Position numbers and translations under genes: made by a program | Assembly (NCBI GenBank): GCA_002104945.1 | Contig: MCFH01000030.1 | Span: 434,001 to 498,000 of the forward strand | Source: Piromyces finnis finn | Taxonomy: Eukaryota > Fungi > Neocallimastigomycota | Reading direction: 5' to 3' | Length of the DNA stretch: 64,000 nt | Notes under the pieces: model-generated | Databases searched by the model: none | Seen by the model: the letters and a program-made list of their open reading frames with translations, nothing else | Told to the model about the DNA's origin: nothing | In this document: positions 12,310 to 27,327 of the stretch, piece after piece | Numbering within the stretch: position 1 is the first letter of the stretch | Layout of the letters: each line of letters opens with the position of its first letter

Positions 12310-15300
12310 TTTGTTTATTTTAATATATTCGTTGATAAATTTATATTTAAATAAGAGAATAGTTTTTATGTATTAATATGAGAAATAAATTTCACAAAAC
12401 AAGTGTGTAAATTTATTTTATTTTTTATTTTTTGTTTTAAATTTAATTTGTTGATTATATAAAATATACGTTATATTACGAGAAGTTTTAACAAAAATGT
12501 TTTTAAAAATTTATATATATAATGGGCTGTATTTATTTATTATTTGAAAAGTATATCTTTTATAATAAGAACAATACGAAGTTATTATATTGATTTGATT
12601 ATTATATCCTAAGAAGCTTTTGATAATTTATAAATTTAAAAATAAAAATATAAAATGTTTCTTTTTTCTTTTTAGTTTTAAATAGAAAAATATTTCATTA
12701 TAATTAAAATGGAAATTAATGCTTATTTATATTATTATTTCTTTAATATATTTCATATTTGTGTGTGTACACATTAATAAATTGATTAGTATAAATGAAT
12801 GACCATTATGTGTTCCCTTTTTTTTTCTCAAAAATATTTTGATTTTTGCTATTTGATTAGTTTATATATTACAGAATTATTCCTAAATATATTCATTAAA
12901 GGTACATTAAATATGTTAAATTTTATCTAATCAATTTAGTTAGTTTTTATATAATAAAAATATGTTTTTATGAGAATTTTATGATGTTTTTATATATTCA
13001 TAAATAAAAGAAATCCTAAAATTTCAATTTTTTTACTTTTTTAAATAAATATTAAATTTCTAATTGAATTATTATTATTGTTTATTTTTTTATTTTGAAT
13101 TAATTATATTTTGAAATATAATACATCAAATTTGAAAAACATTTAATTTGAATATTTTAAATAATAAAATAACCAATTCTCAAATTTGAAATTTGAAATG
13201 GAATTGTTTGTATATTTAAAATAAAATAAAACATAAAAAAAATACTTTAAACTTTGATTTTTATATATATTTATATTTATATATATATTATTTTATTTAT
13301 TCATTAAAATTTTATTAAATTTTTAAAAAATAAGTGGTTATATGTTATTTATAAACTTTTAATATATTATTTAAACTAATTTTTAAATTAATTAAATTTA
13401 CTACGGTGTAAAATTTTATTTATTAATATTTTAGTTTATTAATGCTGGTAGCTATAATAAAAAAGAAAAAAAAAAGATTTCTATGCAATGTTTAAATAAT
13501 ATAGAATTTTTCTTCAACAAAACACTTTTTTTTTTTCTTTAAACAAACAATATTTTTACAAGAGACTTTAAACTTTAAAAATTTCTTATAAATAATAATA
13601 TACTTACCATTAAGCTTATTAAAAATGTTATTAAAAAGAAATATACTCTATCAAATGAAAGAGATAAAATTAATAACTTTAAGAATTATTCTTTTAATTG
13701 TATTATAAATGTATTATTTATATCTTAATAAATTATATTAAGGTGCTTATTTTTTTTTAAAAAAAAATGTCTTGTTACTGCTAAAACATTAATAACGTTT
13801 TATTCTTTTTATTATACTTGAAAATAATATTGCTAATATTAATAAAGGACAATAGTTATATATTTATTATTATATTTTAAGTATTGTATATTACTAATAA
13901 ACTATAAAAAGTTTAAATTTTTATTCCAAAAGAAAAATGGTTTATTCTCATTCTTTTATAAATTTTTATTCCAAAAAAAAAAAATGTTTTTGATATTCTC
14001 AAGTCTGAAAAAAATAATATTAGTAAAGATTATTTATTATTATTATAAAATTAATATATAATTATATGTCACGAACAATTAAAATATAATTATAGAATAT
14101 AATAATAGTATTTATAGAACTAAAAAAGTTATTATTTTATATTTAAGTTTTAATATAATGTAGATATCAAACAACTTAAAAAGTACACTTTTCGTAATTA
14201 TCCTCTCTAATTTATATTAAAAATAGTTGGAATGATTGGGAATATGACAGATGACAGTTTTAATTATTATTACACATAAATAAATAATTTTTAAATTAAT
14301 TTTATATTAAAATTTCATGTACAGAATTTATTTATCTATTTTTATGTATAGTGAAACCTAACCATAAAAATCAAATATATTTAGAATATATTTATTTAAT
14401 GACAATTTCATATATTAATAATACATTCATAATATATATAATTTTTAGTTTAATTTATTAAAATACAATTAATATTTAATTTATAAAATATTAAATAAAC
14501 TTTTCAACACAAATAGTATAAATTATTATAGTTTTTAGGAATGGCATCAGGAAGAACCTTTACAGTAATTATTATAATGAATAAAGTAATTATTAAAGGG
14601 TATATTCAATTGTTATAATGAGTGTAAAAAATACTAAATGCTCTATAATTGATTTTTATAAATTAATAAAATTAATATTAAATAATAAAAGGTATTATAA
14701 TTTTATGACATAGTGAAATAAATTAAAAATGATTTCTCTAATTATTTAAAATAATAATATGTAAAATAAAAAGTTAAGGATGATAATTAATAAAAGATAA
14801 TGTTATTTATTATAGTATGTATAGTTTCTTTTATAATATATAGGTTTAAAATTTATATTTAGCTTATTAATGACTTTTGGTAATAATAATATAATATATT
14901 AATATAATTATTTATACTAATATATTTATTATAAATTGTCCATCATCAGATAAAATATATAAATAGATATCATCTATTTTTAAAGAAGAAAAAGAAATAA
15001 TTAATTATTAATAAAATATGAATAATATAAAAGGTATTTAATAAATATAATAATACTATTGATACTGTTAAAATAATAAATTATAACATTAAATGGAATG
15101 AATAAAAAAATGAAAATTATAGTTATATGATAATAATTTTGAAAATGAATTAAGAATGTTTTTTTTTTTTTTAATTAGTATGTAAGAAAAAAAAAGTGTT
15201 TTATAGTATTTTATTTCTTTATGATAAAAAGCTTTTACAAACTTTAATAATTAGCACATTTTAAAAAGTATAGAAAATTCTATTCACAAATTACAAATGA

Positions 15301-16288
15301 AATTTGAAAAACATTATTATAATTATTAATACATTACTTTGACCTATTACATTTCAATAATACCATTTAATGTCATTTCTGTAAAATATATTTTGTATTA
15401 TATAATATTTATTTCACTTTTACTTTATTAATCTTATATATAAATATTATTTATATATTTATAATATCAACAGTTAAAGAATTAGTTAATGTTATTTATT
15501 TACAGAATCTTATTATTAATTTTTATAACATTGTGATACAACTCGTTTCAATACACTCAGGATTTGTGGGTTGACTTATATACTTTATAAATTATTCAAA
15601 TACACACTTAATATTAGATGATCGTAAGAATATCTTCTCCTAACTATTATATTCTTAGATAGACTAATTTACTATATTTTTTACTAATTTATACAAAAAT
15701 CTAACTATAAAGCTTGTTTGTTTATCTGTTTATATTAAGTACTATAATTACTATAAATTCTTTAATTTATCACATGATTATAAAAATATGATAAATACAT
15801 TAATGTACTAAATAAAATGTACTAAAAACTACATGATAATCTATTCCAATATTACATTAATTTATGTTTATATAACATTTATAGTAATATTCAATTATAT
15901 TATTAATTAAGGTTTTTAGGTTCATTTTATATCAATTGTCCTACATTTTTTTTACATAATTTTAATTTTGTATTCAATATATTATTACAATACATTTTAA
16001 TAATATATTGAATAGATATAAAATTTGATAGAATATTCTTTAAGTTTTTAGAATTTTTTTTAAATCTACTTAGACACAATTTCAATTGGTAAAAAAAAAA
16101 AATAAATGAAAATAGGTATTTTTTTTCTTATCCATAAATGATTCAAAAAAAAAAAAAAAGATAGATATAAAAAGAGAGATTTCTGTTCTAATATTATTTC
16201 AACATTAATAAATTTTTTCGTTAAATAAAATATATAATATTAAATTACTTAAAAAAATTATATAAATAGTGAATAAGATAAAAAAAAA

Positions 16289-16978
16289 ATGAAGTATCCA
16301 AGAACATATCATTTACCATTTTCTCCAGGTTCTACCAATGATGATAAAAAAATAAAGGGAAATTGGCTTAAGGATTATGTAGGAAAAGATATTGTTATTA
16401 CTGAAAAACTTGATGGAGAAAATATTCATATGGATCAACACGATTGTTATGCTCGTAGTGATGGGGTAGCAACTAGAAGTCCATGGACCAAAAATATTTG
16501 GAGTTCTTCCAATGGATTGTATTGGAAAATTAAATATTTAATTGAACCAAATGAAATAATATATGGTGAAAATTTATATGGTGAACATGCTATTTGTTAT
16601 GATAAATTAACTACTTACTTTCATATTTTTGGAATGGTTGGAATATCAAAAGAAGAACCACATGTTCCAATATTTTATTCATGGGATGATTTAAAGAAGA
16701 AAGCTGAAAAATTAAATATACCAACAGTTCCAGTAATATATGAAGGAAAAATAGAATCAGAAGCACATCTAAAAAAAATTATTGATGAAACTATGAGTTT
16801 ACCTTCTGCCTATGGATCAACAAAGGAAGGTATTGTAATGAGAATTAGAGATTCCTTTAAAGTAGAAGATTTTTCCAAGTGTGTATGTAAATGGGTAAGA
16901 CCAAATCACGTACAAACGGAAACTCATTGGACTAAAAATTGGAAACGTGCAAATTTAATAAATTATAATTATTATTAA
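16289..16978 (+). CDS. ATP-dependent RNA ligase-family nucleotidyltransferase, bacterial/phage type (adenylation domain only)
   Basis: Motif I TEKLDGEN (KxDG), motif III IIYGENLY, motif IIIa FHIFG, motif IV EGIVMR, motif V CKWVR. The N-terminus KYPRTYHLPFSPG is typical of the bacterial family. Intronless. Confidence 0.88.
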   Translation: MKYPRTYHLPFSPGSTNDDKKIKGNWLKDYVGKDIVITEKLDGENIHMDQHDCYARSDGVATRSPWTKNIWSSSNGLYWKIKYLIEPNEIIYGENLYGEHAICYDKLTTYFHIFGMVGISKEEPHVPIFYSWDDLKKKAEKLNIPTVPVIYEGKIESEAHLKKIIDETMSLPSAYGSTKEGIVMRIRDSFKVEDFSKCVCKWVRPNHVQTETHWTKNWKRANLINYNYY

Positions 16979-19347
16979 GTATGAATCAATAGCAATTTAA
17001 AAATTCTAATTATTATTAGGTATTAGGTTTATTTTTATAATCTAAATATAAAACATTTAAATTGTCAGTGTTGGATTATAAAAAAAAAAAAAAAGAAAAA
17101 ATTATATTAGAGATAATTTGTAATAAGTATTATTTTAATAAAGTTTTATTAAAATAATAGAATAACATGTAAATAATATTATACTGATAGAATAACATAA
17201 ATTTAATTAATTATTTAATTTTCAATAAAAATAAAAATTAAATTGAACTTTATATTAATACATAAAAATTATTTGTATAATTATTTTTAAAGTTTATTAG
17301 CCTTCAATTAAATAATTTACTTTCCTTCAATATATGAAAGTTAAATATTAGAGAGAGAGAGAGAGTGTGTGTGTGTTTATAAGATATCTTTTAACTCTAA
17401 ATATATATATATAATTGTTGAAAAGTTATATAAATAATTGGTTTTTAGAAAAAAAAAATATACATAATAAATATAATTAAAAAGGACTTTATAATTTGTT
17501 TAACGTCCTATTTAGAAAAAAAATTAATAAATCACCATATTAAAAGTTACTTTAGTTAAAAAATAGATATTCATTAATAAATAAATAAGTCATAGTATCC
17601 TGGTATAAAAATATTATTTATCAAAAAAATATTTTACATGTTTTTATTAAAGGATTAATTATTTATAATTGTTAACTTTGTTACATAAAAATGCTATTAA
17701 TATTATATATTATATTATTTTTTGATCTTTAAAAATATAATAACATTTTCAAAGATTAAGATTTTAAACTTTACAAACTTTATTATCACTATTCATATTA
17801 ATATACTAATATTATCACTTTATCCTTTTTATTTCAAATTACAAATAGTTAAAATATATATATTATTATCATTTAATTTTTTTTTTGTGATGAAATAGTC
17901 TTTAATATTTCTTATAATCAATTCATTATTAATGCTATTTGTGTTATTATAAATGTTAATTGCCTACAATAAAAAAAAAAAAAAAAAATTAATTTTAAAT
18001 TTTAACCATATTTGGTAATATTAATATTTTATTTTAATATCCATCATAAAAAATATTTTTTTTTAACTATCTTTTGTATACTTTTTTTTTTTTTCTTCCT
18101 TTAGCATTAATTAAACTTTTTTTAATCTTATCAATAATGCTTTATAATTAAGAAGGGTCTTATTTTTCTTTATTTCTATTATAATTTTTTTGAAAAACTT
18201 TTATTAAACTATTTTATTTAGGAAAAGCTAGTCTTTGAATGACACTATTATTAAAAGGTTTTGTTAAGTTTATATAGTTTTTTCAATAATTAAAAATATA
18301 GCTATTTATTGTTAAACAATTATGTTATTATTTATATAAAGTAATTAATCTCACTATATAAATTATATTAATATTTAATATAATTGTAACATTAATAATA
18401 TTTAAGGTATATAATAAATATAATATTTTATTTCACTATAATTAATTAATAATTATAGTGTTTCACCTTTTTTTTTTATTTTCATGTTATGATATATTAT
18501 ATATTTATTATAATAATTATATTATTTATTTTTTTTAACAATTAACTGTGAATCCTTTTTCTTTTTTTTTTTTTTTAACAAGTTCATTTCAAAAAATTTT
18601 AATTAACCAAATAAATTTAATAAAAATTATTTTTTTAATTTATAGTTATTAATTTTAATTAATATTTTTTTGTCATATTTTAAAAATGCTAAATTAGGTT
18701 TTCATATATATATTTTTCTTTTTTAATAATTATTGATTTTTGAACAGTTTGTTAAAATATAGTTTTTTTTCTTATTGTATAATTTAAATACAGTATTTAA
18801 AAAATAATCAAAGAAACTTTATGGTGTTGTAAATATTAATTGATACAGGAATTCTCAAGTTTGCTTCTTAACATTAACTTTTATTCAATAAAATTAAGAG
18901 TTTCTTTCTTTCTTTCTTTTTTTACTGTCAATTGTAAAAAATAATTGAAGAAGAATAAGAAAAAAAAAATAATATACATTATATTGTGCAAGATAAAAAT
19001 AAAAGGGAAAAAAAACAATTTTTCTTTTTTTTAAATTTAATAGAATTTATTTTAGTTTTGATTTGATAAGCCAATTCTATTTTAATAAATACATATATCA
19101 AACACATTTTATTCGATATACTCTAACAAAATTAAAAAAAAAAAAGCTTTAACAATTGAAATTGAAATTATTTATAAAAAAAACATTCAAGTTTAATATT
19201 TAAATTTAAATTAGACAAAATATTTTTAGTTATAATAAAAAAAGAATTAAAATTATTTTAAAAATTATGTACATAATATATAAACTTAACTATAGAAGAA
19301 TCAATTATTATTGATAACAAAATATATAAAATCAACAGAATAAAAAC

Positions 19348-19386
<39 letters not shown>

Positions 19387-19398
19387 AGAGCAAAATAA

Positions 19399-22300
19399 AT
19401 GAAAGGTAAATACATTAATAATAAAGAAATGAATAATTATGATACACTTTTTGAATCAAGTTTTGAAAATTCTTTTCAAGAAAATGAGGAAGAGACTTGT
19501 GAGGAAATTACAAATTTCATAGTAGCAGAAGCAAGTAGAATTCGAAGACTAGTAAAAAATGGTTTATATATATATATATTTATAATTATAAAGTTTAAAA
19601 AATAAAATATTATAATCATTATTAAAAAAATTACATATTATTAACTATTTATATTATATTATATTATATATAATTCTTATATGGAAAATATTGTATTTTT
19701 TTTTTTTTTATAAAAAAAAGGTGGTGTTGACTATGAAAGAAAAAGTTTTGCATTGAAATCTATATATTCTACTTTTACTTATCTTTTTAAATTAGAAAAT
19801 TATATTTCAAAGGATCTTAGTGATGATATTATACAGAAAATTAGAATGGATTCTGAATTTTACCGTCATATCGAAAAGCGACTTCCATCAACAGTAATGG
19901 TTAATAGTAATAATATTCATAAAACTGAAATTAACAACAACAACAACAACAACAACAATAATAATAACAAAAGTAACACTGGTAACCAATATAGTAGTAA
20001 TAATAGAAAATTAAATGATGTAAATATTGATGGATTAACTAGTAAAGATAATATTAATGATGTTAATCGTCCAATAGAAAATGAGTGTAATGCTAAAGCC
20101 ATTACGTTTGGAGATTTAAAAGAATCAACAAAGAATACGAATGATTTAAATACATATTCAAAAAATATACCTTTAAAAACTATTCTTAAAACTAAAAAAA
20201 GTTGTCCTAATTTTTCAAATATTCAAAAAATGTCTGATATTAATTCAAATATTAACAACAATAATAATAATGTTCAAGTAAAAAGAAAATCTATAGATGA
20301 TGCCTATATGAAAAATAATCATGACAATCGTATTACTATGAAGGATAATACTACATCTTCAATTAATAGCCCTTCAATTTATGATTTAGATACAGAGGAA
20401 ACAGAAAATTATCATGAAAATACAAATAGCCATACTGAATTAAATTCTTTTGCCCTTAGAAAAGATTCTGAAGCAGATTTATCTTCATTTTGTAGTAAAA
20501 CATGTAATACACCAGTTTCAGAAGATACCTTGATTGAAAATCAAAACCATGTTACGCCTCTTTTTAATTCTCAAAAATTTTATATAAATTCAGCTCCTTC
20601 TTCTCCAGAAAAAAATCAATCATATAAAAATAACTCTCCTCTTTCTAAAATTAAAAATAGAATTAATAGTAATCAAAGTAACAATACCTTTATAAATTTA
20701 CCTAATTCTGCTACAAACATGAATAACAACAACAATAATAATGGCTTTGATGTGTACTCTAATCAAAGTAGTGTTAATAATTCTCCTAAAACAATGATTA
20801 ATGATGGAAGTTTCTACAATTCTTCTAATAACACAAGTAATAGCCAATTAAATAATATGAACTCTTGTTTCTCGTCTTCTACCATTAGTTCAGATTTCAT
20901 TAATAAAAATCCATCTTTAATGTCTTATTCTCCTTCTTCTATTCACTCACAACCTCAAGTATTGAATAAAACATCTAGTAATTCAAAAAATAGTCAAAAT
21001 AATAATACTCTAAACACTACATTTACTCCAATTTCGGTTATGAATCCAGCTACAAGTTCTTCCTTATCTGACAATATTAATAATGCATATAATAACAACA
21101 ACAACAATAATAATAATAATTCAGGTCCATATAATATCAACAATACTACTAAAGATAATGCTATAATTCCAATAAATACCAATATTAAGACCTATTTATT
21201 TAATAAAAGTGAAAATGGTAATGATGGTAATACCAGTACAATTGGAAATAATAATCCTAATATAAATAATACCAAAATAATTGGTAATACATTAAGCCAA
21301 CATGAACCAATTCGTACTATACGATTTAAAAATGTCGAGATTGAAAAGAATAATGGAAATGGTCATAATACATTACGCCCCAAGAATACCACATCTACTC
21401 CAGATATTGCCGAAAAAGCGTTAGATCAAAAGAAAAATGTTCGTACTTGTAAATCATATGCTGATCTTTCTTTATCTCGTGGTAACCATATAAGAAATTT
21501 ATCATATTCTTCCAATCTAGATGATTCCATTACCGAATCTTCATTTATGGAGAGTAGTTCAGAAGACAGTAGTTTATTAACCGATGTCTTACTATCCAAA
21601 AATATACAGCAAAATCAATATCATTCTGTAATTAATCCTCAGCAAACCTTTGAAGCTACCTATGATGCCTATAAAAATAGTATGAATAAGAACAATGATA
21701 ATAATAATAATAATAATAGTAATAATAATCGTAAATCCTTTGGAATTTCTGGAAATAAAGGATTTAAGGTTCATTCTCTCATTAGAAGCAGTAATAATGA
21801 TATACTAAATAAGAGCAGTAATGTTAATAATAACTTCAATTCTAAAGTAGGATCCTACACCGATAACATTACTAGTGCGAACACTACTACAAATGGCCAG
21901 AATAATATGAATAAATATAAAAATTTACAACAACAAAAAGTGAAAAATAGAGTTTCTTCTCTTGACATAAAAAAATATTATTTCCAAGGTAGGAATAATT
22001 CTGGAAATATTAATAGTGGTCCATCATCTCTACCTAAAAATTATCCAAAGTTTAATGGAAGTGGTAATAATAGTTCTTTTGAAGGTAAAGTAAAGCATAA
22101 TTCCATGGATACATCTCAAACACAAGCGAATAATCGTAAGAGTTTTCACCAAGATATTCAAAATAATATTGATTTAATGAAACAAGAACAAAGTTTTATC
22201 AGCGATTTCTCTGAAAGTATCCTCAATGAATTCAAGGATTCGAATACGACCAATAGTTTCTATTCTAATTTTAATGACTATAACAAGTCTTCGCATAATA

Positions 22301-22465
22301 AATCAATCATTTCAAATGTCTCATCTGATGGTAATATTTCAAAAGAAATAAATAACATTCTTAATAATTATTTCAATAGTAATGGTACATCTCCTGTAAA
22401 TACTTCTACCATCAATAGTAATAATTCTAATAATAGTATTTTAAATGTAAATACAAATACTATTC

Positions 22466-22501
<36 letters not shown>

Positions 22502-22585
22502 GTGGTATTAGTAGTATTCTTCATAACAATAACAATAGTAATAATTCTAATAATAGTATTTTAAATGTAAATACAAATACTATTC

Positions 22586-22660
<75 letters not shown>

Positions 22661-25600
22661 GTGGTATTAGTAGTATTCTTCATAACAACAGTAATAATAG
22701 TAACGGATTTAGTATTGGAAATAATAATATTTTGAATGGTCAACTTAGTAAAAAGAGTAGCATTAGCAAATCTAATAGAAATTCTATGTATTCTGATGAT
22801 AGTAAAAGTTTTGACGATCTTCAACGTAATTTCAAACGTTTAAGCAATTCAAAGAAAAATATAGATGATCTAAATAAAAAAACTAGTAAACTTTATGGTA
22901 AGGAAATCAATATAAAATAAATTATTTTTTTTAGAAAAAATTATATTAATATTAGTAACATTTATGTTTATGTATATATCGATAGATAATGATAAAGAAG
23001 TAACTTTGATTAATGATGATGAAGAAAAAGAAAATATATTTAACAAACGACAACCTTCGAATTGTAGTAACAAAACACATTGGTATGTAATACAAATTAT
23101 AATATAAGATGACTAGTATACAATATATTTATTAATATTTATAAAAAAAAAAATAAAAATTATTTTTAGTTCATCATCATCAGTAAATAAGGTAATTATA
23201 TATAATTAAATTGATTTTTATATTTTTTATTAAACTTTTTATTTTTAATATTTTATTTTATTATTAAATCAAAAGAATCAATCCATAAATTCTAATAATT
23301 CTGCAAGTAAAAAGGACAGTAAAAGTGAATGTCAATTTATTTTAAAAGAATTAATTGAAAATGAAATATCTTTTTCTAAGAATCTTGATATATTAATGAA
23401 TGTTAGTATAAAAATGAATAGTTGAAAAAAAAAAGTTATTTTATTTATATTTTTTTTAATATAAAGTAAAAATGATTTAAATAATTAATCTTTTTTTTTT
23501 TTAATTATTTTAACTAGTTCTATAGATATCCATTAAAAGATAATAATATTATTAGTAACATTGATTTAAATTGTATATTTTATGGAATACCTGAATTGGC
23601 TGAATTTAGTAAAAATTTATGTCAAGAACTTCAAGATGTTATTAATGAAAATGATAATATTTTATACGTATCAAGAGTATTAATTAGTCAGGTAAATCAA
23701 ATTAAAATAATATCAAATTCCGTATTTTATTTTTGGTGAGGGTATTAATAATAATAATAAAAATTATAATATATTCAACATTATTAAAATAAGGTTGAAA
23801 AATGGGATTATTACCTTAGATATTGTGAAAATTATAGTCAATCAAAAACTACGGTAAAAGTTCTTTCTAAAAATAGCTCAAAATTTAACAATTTCTTAAA
23901 GGTATTAATATTTTTTAAAATTAAATAAAAAACAAAACTAGAAAAATATATTTTTGATCTTTTATTCTTATTACACGATATAAACTTTAATTTTTATTAA
24001 TGATATATTTTTTAAAAAAAAAAATCGCATTTAAAATATTTAGAAAGCACAATCTGATAATAAATGTAATAAACAAGATATTAATAGTTTATTAATTTTA
24101 CCAGTACAACATGGTTGTCGATACCCCTTATTATTAGCTAGTAAGTTTAACTTTAATAATTATTGAATATTATAATATTCTTTTATATTTAATAAATTAA
24201 ATTTTCCACCTTTTTATTTTTTTAATTAGGAATAAAGGAAAGAATTATGGAAGATGTTGATAATTATAATCCAACAACTATTAAAATGGTAGATGCAGCT
24301 GAATGTTATATGAAAAAATTGGGTAAACTTTTAAATGATCTTCAACAAAGTGATGAGTTTTCCAAATACGCTTCTGAATCTGAACTTAATGATAAATTTA
24401 AAATCCCATTGAGCATTGAAAATTGCCCTGTAATTATTTATAAATAAATAATAATAAAAAAAACACTAAAAATATTATATATAAAATTTTAATATCATAT
24501 TTTATTAATTTTATTATACTGTATTATTCATATTTTGTAAATATTATATATTTAGGTCAGCTATTTCATTTCCAAGGATCGTCGATTATTAAAGTCATAT
24601 GACTGCTATAATACAAATACTAATAAATATATTCGTCTTTTTATTTTTGGAGATTTAATTATGCAAACAGTATGTCAAAAAAGTTCAGAATCTGATTTTG
24701 GTATCAAATATCATTATTTAAGAATAGATCCAATTGAAAATGTAATGGCACAAGAGACAGGTAAACCCCATAAATAAATATTTCATCAATTATTCTTTTT
24801 TCTTTTTAATTGATACAATTATTTTTAATTATTTTTTAATATATATTTATATAATTCTATTTCCTAATTAATTGTAATTTACCTATTATGAAAATTTTTT
24901 TTTATTTATTATTTACTCTTTTTAGATATAAACTTTAGTAATACTTATCAAAAGGCAATTTTGAATCGTTTCAAAAAGCATGATTCAAGTGAAAATTTTG
25001 TAAAAATTTCTTATTCCACAAGTATTTTTGGTGAAGAAAAATATTTAGGCCAACCAATGACTTATACCTTAAATTTCTCTGATCGAAAGATAAAAAAAGA
25101 ATTTTTAAATATATTTGAAACTACCAAGGCTCTCTATATTTCTAATGTTTTAAATGTAGCTTCAAGAGCTATTCCACCAGAAGTAGATGATGTTTTAATC
25201 ACCTGTAGTAATTATGATCGTCGTTCTGAAAGTGAAATTTCAATTATGATAGGTGATGAAGCTGTGGCCTATGAAGAAGCAGTAGATGGCTGGGTTCAAG
25301 GTGAAAATTGTACTACTCATCAATGCGGTTATTTCCCTATCTCAGTATTTGTAGAGTCGGATACTTCTCGTGATATTTATAATGATGTTGAACTTAAAGT
25401 TAAATATACTTATAAACAAAAAGGAGATGGTGAAATAAGTATAAATTCGGGAGATACTGTCATTCCTGAAACTTATTATCATAGTAGTGGATGGTGTTAC
25501 GGAAAAAATCTTAGTTCTAATGAATCGGGTCTTTTCCCACTTTCCTTTTGTAGAATTCAACCAGGTATTGTTACCAATCCTGGAAAATTAAAAACACATG

Positions 25601-26139
25601 TTATGAATCAAATCTCCAAACCTATCATTATATCTAAAAGGAAACATGATTTCAATTCACTTCCTTTCACGAATACTACTAATGACAATAATAAAAATCA
25701 ATATTCCTATTTTAATGTTAATAAAGAGCTACCAATAGTTAACTCTGCTAAAAAGTCACAATCTAATAATAATTTTTATTCCAAATCACCATCCAATATA
25801 AATGACACCTCCACTTCTTCTAATACCTTTGGTAATTATCATAATACCTCTGATGGTCCCATGATGAATAATATTACCAATTCTTCTACAAGTTTCATGA
25901 GAATACCTAATACTTCCAGTCCTCTCACAATGGAAGATGATCATGATGAATATATTGATGATTGCTCTCTCCCAATTCCACCTCAACCTGAACCTTTTTC
26001 TATGATGATATCTTCACCCCATATTAAACGTCGTTCTACTTCTCTTGATTATAATTTAGAAAGCATACAACAATTATCATCTAGTAATTATGATTATGAT
26101 GATGATGAAACAGATACCGAAAACTGGTCAACCAATTAA
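19399..26139 (+). CDS. Rho guanine nucleotide exchange factor, DH-PH-SH3-SH3, with a long Asn/Ser-rich N-terminal region (~1860 aa, 11 exons)
   Basis: Exons 19399-19561, 19721-22897, 22986-23082, 23170-23191, 23276-23401, 23518-23691, 23794-23901, 24044-24140, 24230-24429, 24556-24760 and 24926-26139 join in frame through GT-AG introns (5583 nt). DH motifs: ILKELIENEISFSKNL, YLRYCENY, SLLILPVQHGCRYPLLL. PH motif: RLFIFGDLI. Two SH3 domains: DGWVQG..GYFP and SGWCYG..GLFP. Confidence 0.85.
22412..22690 (+). repeat. Intragenic tandem duplication (120-bp unit; second copy has an expanded AAT tract)
   Basis: The peptide NSNNSILNVNTNTIH(N)nSGISSILHNN occurs twice in succession. Confidence 0.85.
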
Positions 26140-26847
26140 AAAGAAAGTCATGACTTTAACTGTTTTTATTAAAAAAAATAATTATCATAATTTTTTTTAA
26201 ACTTTTGTATTCATTAATTAAATATATATATATTTAATTATTTTTCTTCTCTTTCTAGAAATCTAATTTAAAAGTTGCAATCTATTAACCTGTGTAACCT
26301 AATAATTATTATCTATGTGAGTTGTGTAAAAATTGTTTTAAAATTTTTTTTAATTGTATTAATTGTACTGGAAAAAACCAATAAAAATTTTAATTTATAT
26401 TTACATTATTTAAATTGATAATTTACCTCCATACTATACAAAGTATACAAAGTAGTTGTATAATAATAAAAAATTATAACTATTTTTAAATACTTTTTTT
26501 TTTTTATAAAATACATATACACTTTTTCATTTTTTATTACCATTTTTTTTTCTTTTTATTAACAAAATTAACATATATAAATAAATAAATAATAAAAATG
26601 AATGGATGAATGTATATACAAATAAATAAATATTATGTTTCACATATTTATTAAACTTTTTTAATTATAAAACCTTAAATAATATTTAAAAAGTTTAACT
26701 ATTAATTTTAAATATTTATTATTAAAAAAATAAAATATTTTAAATATATATTTTTTATTTTAAAAAGAAACTTCACAAAAAAAAAAAAAAAAAAAAAAAC
26801 TTTAAAAAAAATAAAAAATAAAAAACAACAAAATAAAATAAAAAAAA

Positions 26848-27327
26848 ATGAAATTAGTTTATATTTTATTGTTTACTTTTTGTTGTTATATAGTTAATAG
26901 TTATGAACGTATTACTTCCCAAAAAATAACGAAAACAATTTGTGAAGATACCAACTATAAAATATATTGTTCTAATTCAACTCGTAAGTTAAAAAAAAAA
27001 AAAAATTTAAACAATTTATTTAAAATTATATATAAATTAATATAAAATTACTTTATCTTTTATACATAATATATTTAAATAGTGATTGTAGCTAAAAACG
27101 TTGAAAATGAAACTCATTATACCATCAAAAATAATGGAGATTGGGAAAAAATTTATGTAAAGCAATGTACTCATGAAATAACAAAAAATGGTAAAACTAC
27201 AGAGGAATGTCTTCCTTGTTACTTCAATACTTATCAAGACGTTTGTAAAAGAAAACATTTTAATGTTTATTGCAATGTTAAAAATTATGAAAAAAAATAT
27301 TGTAAAAAGATTGAATATATTGTTTAA
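26848..27327 (+). CDS. Small secreted Cys-rich protein (~126 aa, 2 exons)
   Basis: Signal-like MKLVYILLFTFCCYIVNS. Intron 26984-27082 (GTAAGT..TAG, phase 1) joins the two short ORFs in frame. The mature part has multiple Cys. Confidence 0.75.

Noticed and set aside
19399-24447. Separate genes for the ORFs at 19399, 19753, 24247 and 24961
   Set aside because: They splice in frame into a single RhoGEF gene.
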